Source: an uncultured bacterium | Lineage (GTDB): Bacteria; Hydrogenedentota; Hydrogenedentia; Hydrogenedentales; JAEUWI01 | Length of the DNA: 22,468 bases | NCBI GenBank assembly: GCA_963977445.1 | Contig: CAXBPH010000095.1 | Location: forward strand, 1 to 22,468 | Reading direction: 5' to 3' | In this document: positions 19,101 through 22,468 of the stretch, piece by piece | Layout: every line of letters starts with the position of its first letter | Position numbering within the stretch: position 1 is the stretch's first letter | Made by a program: the position numbers and the translations under genes | Notes under the pieces: generated by a model | Told to the model about the DNA's origin: nothing | Database searches by the model: none | Seen by the model: the letters and a program-made list of their open reading frames with translations, nothing else

Positions 19101-19154
19101 TTTCAGTTTGATGAAATGTTGAATCTCTTAGAAAAGGTTGATGTGTTACCCTGA
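16116..19154 (+). CDS. Cytoplasmic hybrid histidine kinase REC-PAS-PAS-PAS-HisKA-HATPase-REC, 1012 aa
   Basis: N-terminal receiver (VLLVEDDEDD...AIVDYRLG) and three PAS-like segments. H-box FLANMSHEIRTPMN (H563), NLLGNAFKFT, DTGSG and GGTGLGL. C-terminal receiver (ILIVDD...FLDIAMPGMNG...FLRKP). No transmembrane segment seen. Confidence 0.93.
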   Translation: MSVSESEIPIRVLLVEDDEDDFVVTSELLHDAKTGLYDITWASSAEMGREMLRDGQFDVAIVDYRLGAIDGVAFVREAAETYPAIPFIMLTGQDNYQLDMEALAAGATDYFVKGSFTSETIDRAVRYGWRGKRLETQLRRERNFASTLLNHVEAVVIVLDCNGKILRINRKGLVVTGLSAPQAIGSDFVELLAMAEKKAEITSLFNDFDVARFPNMHRSYWKAVNGTNRLIEWSSTLVSEELGSDPHIVVTGLDVTERARDKAELRKLALIASETDNTVILTDSKGLIEWTNPGFTRLTGYESGEVLGQRPGALLQGPATDPATVLRIRDALAEKRAIREEILNYTKGGETYWTEVHIQPIFNRSGELVKFFSINTDITEKKLQDERIRELNTTLEERVLTRTRELAATRKFVEHTLDSLPIYICVIDATGMILLVNAAWERFTISDLLTKGDLHLVGNLLRALEKIGKGGDATSLEAFRLLEEVIAGSRPTFELDYSRNSSDLEEHFRIRANRFLVDDNVHVVVAYEDVTRRKQAEIEAVRAKQQAEVASKAKSAFLANMSHEIRTPMNAILGFSQLLESSSELTGEQLSHVQIINRSGEHLLSVINNILDMSKIEAGSVTLNLSEFDFHGLLEELARVFQMRTESTGIAFELECESSIPRIVFGDQAKIRQILFNLLGNAFKFTQHGRIILRASGEARGATLVWLLIDVQDTGSGIAAEDLDQVFEAFSQTVSGRKVSGGTGLGLPISRRYAQLMDGDLTVRSSEGDGSTFRLMVPVRVSSSLGIAAVEPTIRRVAGLAEGTPTIDILIVDDMQSNLDLLRTILERVGFSVRACNDGRTAVQTIFDDPPDMVFLDIAMPGMNGYDTIRAIRANEACNDIPIIAATAAVFEEEKEKVIAAGGDGFLRKPFAISAILDVIREQLSVEYRYQDEESSIESPVLAAAPSTIQIPADILYDLKDAAVRCHGERINELLEWFTDKDPALGHSLTKLAEEFQFDEMLNLLEKVDVLP

Positions 19155-19227
19155 GTTGCACGGTAAGTCCAGGCAATATATGTGGTAGTGGGTTTGGTGT
19201 ACTTACGGTCTTTGGAGCATATCCAAT

Positions 19228-20337
19228 ATGATAGAGAATTCGAAGAAGATAAAGATTCTGGTGGTGGATGATACGGTCGCGAATCTGAAGCTTCTCCAGG
19301 ACATGCTTCGGAAGTCCGGCTACGACCCGCGGCCTTGCCCCAACGGGCCAACGGCGCTGCGCGCGGCCGCGAGTGACATTCCTGATCTGATTCTGCTCGA
19401 CGTCAACATGCCGGAAATGGACGGCTATGAAGTCTGTGATCGATTAAAGCAGAATGAAACATTAAAGGAAGTTCCGGTTATCTTCATAAGTGCTCTGAAC
19501 GAGACGGCCGACAAACTGGAAGCCTTTCGGCGGGGGGGCGTGGATTATATTACGAAACCTTTTCAGTTTGAAGAAGTTCGTGCGCGTATTGATACCCATG
19601 TAAAATTGCGCCAGTATCAGATGGCACTCCGCGACCATAACCTGCATTTGACGGAGTTGGTAGACGAGCGCACTCGGGAAGTCATAACCGCCAAGGAAGA
19701 AGTCTCAAAGGGGCAGCTGGCTACCATTATGGCCATGTGTAAAATCGCCGAGGCCCGTGATGACGATACAGGGAAGCATATTGAACGTACCCAGCTCTAT
19801 TGTGAAGCCCTGGCCGAAAAACTTCACGAGATGTCCCGCTATACGGATACCGTGGATGAAGAGTATCTGCGAAATGTGTTTCATGCGAGCCCCCTTCATG
19901 ATATTGGTAAAGTCGCGATACCAGACGCTATCTTGAACAAGCCGGGTCGGCTCACGCCGGAAGAGTTCGATATTATGAAGACCCATGCGGTTATTGGGGC
20001 CCACAATCTTGAAGCCGTGATTGCGCGATACCCCAACAACAGTTTCATTCAGGTAGGGGTGGAAATTGCGCGGTCCCACCACGAGAAGTGGAACGGCACG
20101 GGCTATCCTGATGGCCTCGCCGGGGAAGAGATACCACTGGCGGCACGGATCATGGCGGTTGGCGACGTCTACGACGCACTTCGAAGCAAGCGTTGCTACA
20201 AGGACGCATTTTCCCATGAAAAGGCCCGTGGCATCTTGCTCGAGGAGCGGGGCGAACACTTCGATCCAGAGCTGATCGATGTTTTCCTTGACGTGGAAGC
20301 ACGCTTTGTCGCAATCCACGACGAGATGGGAGATTAG
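19228..20337 (+). CDS. Response regulator with an HD-GYP domain (RpfG-like cyclic-di-GMP phosphodiesterase), 369 aa
   Basis: Receiver (ILVVDD...LLDVNMPEMDG...ITKP), then EARDDDTGKH, LHDIGK, HHEKWNGTGYP, LAGEEIP and GDVYDAL...R.YK. Confidence 0.94.
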   Translation: MIENSKKIKILVVDDTVANLKLLQDMLRKSGYDPRPCPNGPTALRAAASDIPDLILLDVNMPEMDGYEVCDRLKQNETLKEVPVIFISALNETADKLEAFRRGGVDYITKPFQFEEVRARIDTHVKLRQYQMALRDHNLHLTELVDERTREVITAKEEVSKGQLATIMAMCKIAEARDDDTGKHIERTQLYCEALAEKLHEMSRYTDTVDEEYLRNVFHASPLHDIGKVAIPDAILNKPGRLTPEEFDIMKTHAVIGAHNLEAVIARYPNNSFIQVGVEIARSHHEKWNGTGYPDGLAGEEIPLAARIMAVGDVYDALRSKRCYKDAFSHEKARGILLEERGEHFDPELIDVFLDVEARFVAIHDEMGD

Positions 20338-20380
20338 CAAGCCGCTCTACGTGGTGCTGCGGGGAGCGTCAGGCAGGCGT

Positions 20381-20758
20381 CTACCGGGGGTCGGTGTCGA
20401 TAGCGTGGGCCTGCAGGTCGGATAAGTTTACAAACTCTAAGGAAGAAATATGGGTGGCTTCCAGGTCGACTGGCGGCGCTCCAACCGCGTCCAGGGCTTC
20501 CTTCCAGCGCATGGCGCAGAGACACCACTGGTCACCGGGCTGCACACCGGGAAACATCATTTCAGGGTGGGGGGTACTGAGATCGTTGCCCCGTTCACGG
20601 GAGAATCGCAAAAACTCTTCCGTCGCACGTATACAGATGATATGTAGCCCGAGATCTTCCGCACCCGTATTGCAACATCCGTCCCGATAGAAGCCGGTCA
20701 GAGGATCGCGGGAACAAGTCTGAAGATCTGTTCCAAGTACGTTTTTTGCGCCTGCCAT
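20381..20758 (-). CDS. DUF2237 family protein, 125 aa
   Basis: NVLG..L..CS.DPLTGFYRDGCC, GNDLSTP, FPG..PGD.WCLCA.RW.EA and PPV.LEATH. CAT at 20756-20758 and CTA at 20381-20383 place it on the minus strand, although the ORF track says +. AAAGGA Shine-Dalgarno. Confidence 0.92.
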   Translation of the reverse strand: MAGAKNVLGTDLQTCSRDPLTGFYRDGCCNTGAEDLGLHIICIRATEEFLRFSRERGNDLSTPHPEMMFPGVQPGDQWCLCAMRWKEALDAVGAPPVDLEATHISSLEFVNLSDLQAHAIDTDPR

Positions 20759-20878
20759 GGTGGTACTTCCTTTGTTCGGCGGGATAATGAATTATCTCGC
20801 CGCATGTTTCTTTACGCTGTGTCCTGAGCATAGCACAGCGGCACGCTATACGTCACTTGTTCGAGCCTTCAGGGGGCC

Positions 20879-21136
20879 TCAGGTATTGAGGCAGGCACAG
20901 TTGTTGGCGGGGAGATTGCAGCGCTGACAGATAGAGACGTGGACCTCTACGGGCTTGAATCCCTTGCGTTCCCGGACGACATGGCGGAGGTGATTTTCTT
21001 CGCCTGGATTCATGTCCAAGGTGGCGCGACTGGCCCAAAGTTCATCCAATTGGGCATCGGTCAGTGTGTCGTAGTAGGCGCGATCGCCTTTGCGCATCTC
21101 AAATGGGGGCGTTGTATCAGATTTCTTTGACGGCAC
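20879..21136 (-). CDS. Small hypothetical protein with a C-terminal CxxC-x6-CxC cluster, 85 aa
   Basis: Ends ICQRCNLPANNCACLNT and is co-oriented with both neighbours. GTG start, with an alternative ATG at 21097. Confidence 0.65.
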   Translation of the reverse strand: MPSKKSDTTPPFEMRKGDRAYYDTLTDAQLDELWASRATLDMNPGEENHLRHVVRERKGFKPVEVHVSICQRCNLPANNCACLNT

Positions 21137-21254
21137 GTTGTTCTTTCTCGAATTGTTCTGATGTGAAATGGCACGGGAACAGGGCCGAAGCCATTCCCGG
21201 GGAAGCGCTTAGTATAGCGCGTTTTCCAGGGCAGATTCCCCTTCTGGGAAAATA

Positions 21255-22468
21255 TTATGATTCGTCGGGGGTGGACGGTACAAGGACCGCTTCATCCGGT
21301 TGCTGTGCGGTTGGGACCCGATAGCGTGGAATTAGCGGTACCAGGTCGTCGTCTAGTTCCAACTCGCGGTTGGCATCGAGGGCGAGTTCGGTAATGGTCG
21401 TCATGACGGATTCCGGCGCACGGGGGTGACGGCGGACCACGACTTTTACATTGGCCGGGGCTTCTGCGAAGAGTTCCGTCAGGTCGTCGAGCTCGGCCCG
21501 TTCGCCCTCGGCATGAATATCACCATTCTGGCCCACAGCGATGCTCAATTCATTTTCACGCCTGGAAACCGCATCCGCAACCCGGCCCCACAGGGATTTC
21601 AGGTTGTGCCGGTGTTCGCCCGCAATATGCTCTTCGGCAGTAGCCAGAATGGAGGCCTGGGGGTCACTGAATTCATCGACGATGGTGGGCGTGATGAAAA
21701 TCAGCAGGGTACTCTTTTGTGATTTTCGGTTGGGGTAGCGGAAAAGTCGTCCAATGCCCGGAAGGTCACCCAACAAGGGGGTCCGGGTTTCGGTCTGTCC
21801 TGCCCGATCGCGCCGGAGGCCACCCAATACAACCGTGTCGCCGGATTGTATGCGCAATTGGGTTTCGGCCTTGCGGACGGTTTTCTGGGGCACGGTGGAC
21901 TGCTGATCGTTGGCAAGGATGCGGACCTCGACGAAGGTGCTGTCTTCCGCGCTGATGTCGAGGAGGATGTTGTCTTTTGTGGTAATTCGGGGGAGCACGC
22001 GAAGTATGGTGCCCACGTCGATAAACTCAACCTGGTTGGTGTTGTTGGTGCTGCCGATATTGTTAATGGAGTTGTTGCTATAGAAGGTGGTGGCGGAGAC
22101 GAAGGGCACCTCCGTCTTGTTCTCAAAGGTAGCCTCTTCACCATCCTGCACCGCGACACGGGGCGATGAAAGTACGGTGGCTTTGTTTTTCTGGTCGAGG
22201 TATTCCAGGGTAACCGCGAGGTTATTGCCTGCCACGCGGGATATGACGTTTTCACCACTGGTGTTGGTCACAATCGGCCGTACTATCTGGCCGGCGGTGT
22301 CAAGTTCCAGCGCACCATAGAGGGGGACCGTGTAGGGGAGCTGACCAATATTGAGGTTGCCACTTTCGGGATTAAAGCCTTCGCCGCCATCGAAGAAGAT
22401 AGGGCGCTCATCGGCCGAGCCGAAGTAGGACCAGTTGATGTTGAATTCACGTTCGACATCGCTACCGA
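21255..22468 (-). CDS. Secretin (GspD/PulD/PilQ family), 5'-truncated by the window edge, with a long C-terminal extension
   Basis: ATVLSSPRVAVQDGEEATF, DVGTILRVLPRI, IQSGDTVVLGGL, TPLLGDLPGIGRLFR and TLLIFITPTIV. The frame stays open from 22271 to the window end (GSDVEREFNINWSYFG...). Confidence 0.92.
   Translation of the reverse strand, partial: GSDVEREFNINWSYFGSADERPIFFDGGEGFNPESGNLNIGQLPYTVPLYGALELDTAGQIVRPIVTNTSGENVISRVAGNNLAVTLEYLDQKNKATVLSSPRVAVQDGEEATFENKTEVPFVSATTFYSNNSINNIGSTNNTNQVEFIDVGTILRVLPRITTKDNILLDISAEDSTFVEVRILANDQQSTVPQKTVRKAETQLRIQSGDTVVLGGLRRDRAGQTETRTPLLGDLPGIGRLFRYPNRKSQKSTLLIFITPTIVDEFSDPQASILATAEEHIAGEHRHNLKSLWGRVADAVSRRENELSIAVGQNGDIHAEGERAELDDLTELFAEAPANVKVVVRRHPRAPESVMTTITELALDANRELELDDDLVPLIPRYRVPTAQQPDEAVLVPSTPDES

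Noticed and set aside
18960..19154. HPt domain at the end of the hybrid kinase
   Set aside because: The helical tail is short and lacks the H.LKG.(S/A) motif.
13930..20400. Intact integrative element or prophage at tRNA-Cys
   Set aside because: There are no integrase or phage genes, and I found no duplicate of the tRNA 3' end downstream in the window.
20381..20758. ORF track's + strand label for the MAGAKNVLG protein
   Set aside because: The + strand has CAT at 20756-20758 and CTA at 20381-20383, so the protein is encoded on the minus strand.
768..22320. Long antisense or alternate-frame track ORFs (e.g. 1277-2095, 2511-3149, 7439-8305, 10044-10679, 11464-12390, 14059-14730, 17262-18041, 19705-20340, 21701-22258)
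   Set aside because: They overlap well-supported genes, show no recognisable motifs and are expected shadows in GC-rich coding DNA.

Overview
Bacterial chromosomal window, GC-rich in most genes. The long Glu-Gly linker and DUF5011-rich surface protein suggest Candidatus Hydrogenedentes; this is an inference only. From left to right: (1) a large secreted beta-helix/Ig-repeat surface protein gene on the minus strand, broken at ~2530 by a frameshifting internal deletion and running off the window in an (EG)n repeat; (2) a class I/II PLP aminotransferase; (3) an intergenic heptamer array plus a tandem 170-bp REP/REPIN-like nested palindrome; (4) a TPR + gluzincin-motif protein; (5) a secreted GH141-like beta-helix protein; (6) a PmtA/OlsG-type N-methyltransferase; (7) a hypothetical protein coupled to a GH51 homologue lacking the catalytic GNE motif; (8) tRNA-Cys(GCA) with a consensus sigma70 promoter and a terminator; (9) a lower-GC four-gene signalling cluster; (10) a DUF2237 gene, which is on the minus strand and mislabelled + in the ORF track; (11) a small Cys-cluster protein; (12) the 3' part of a secretin gene. 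The most interesting system is the signalling cluster. Its first kinase has an ethylene-receptor (ETR1-type) membrane domain that keeps all seven ETR1 ethylene-binding residues at identical spacing. It is followed by an Rcp1-like receiver, a PAS hybrid kinase and a REC-HD-GYP phosphodiesterase, giving a candidate ethylene/Cu(I)-ligand to c-di-GMP pathway. Also notable are the secretin's ExbD/TolR-like C-terminal extension and the probable GH51 pseudoenzyme.
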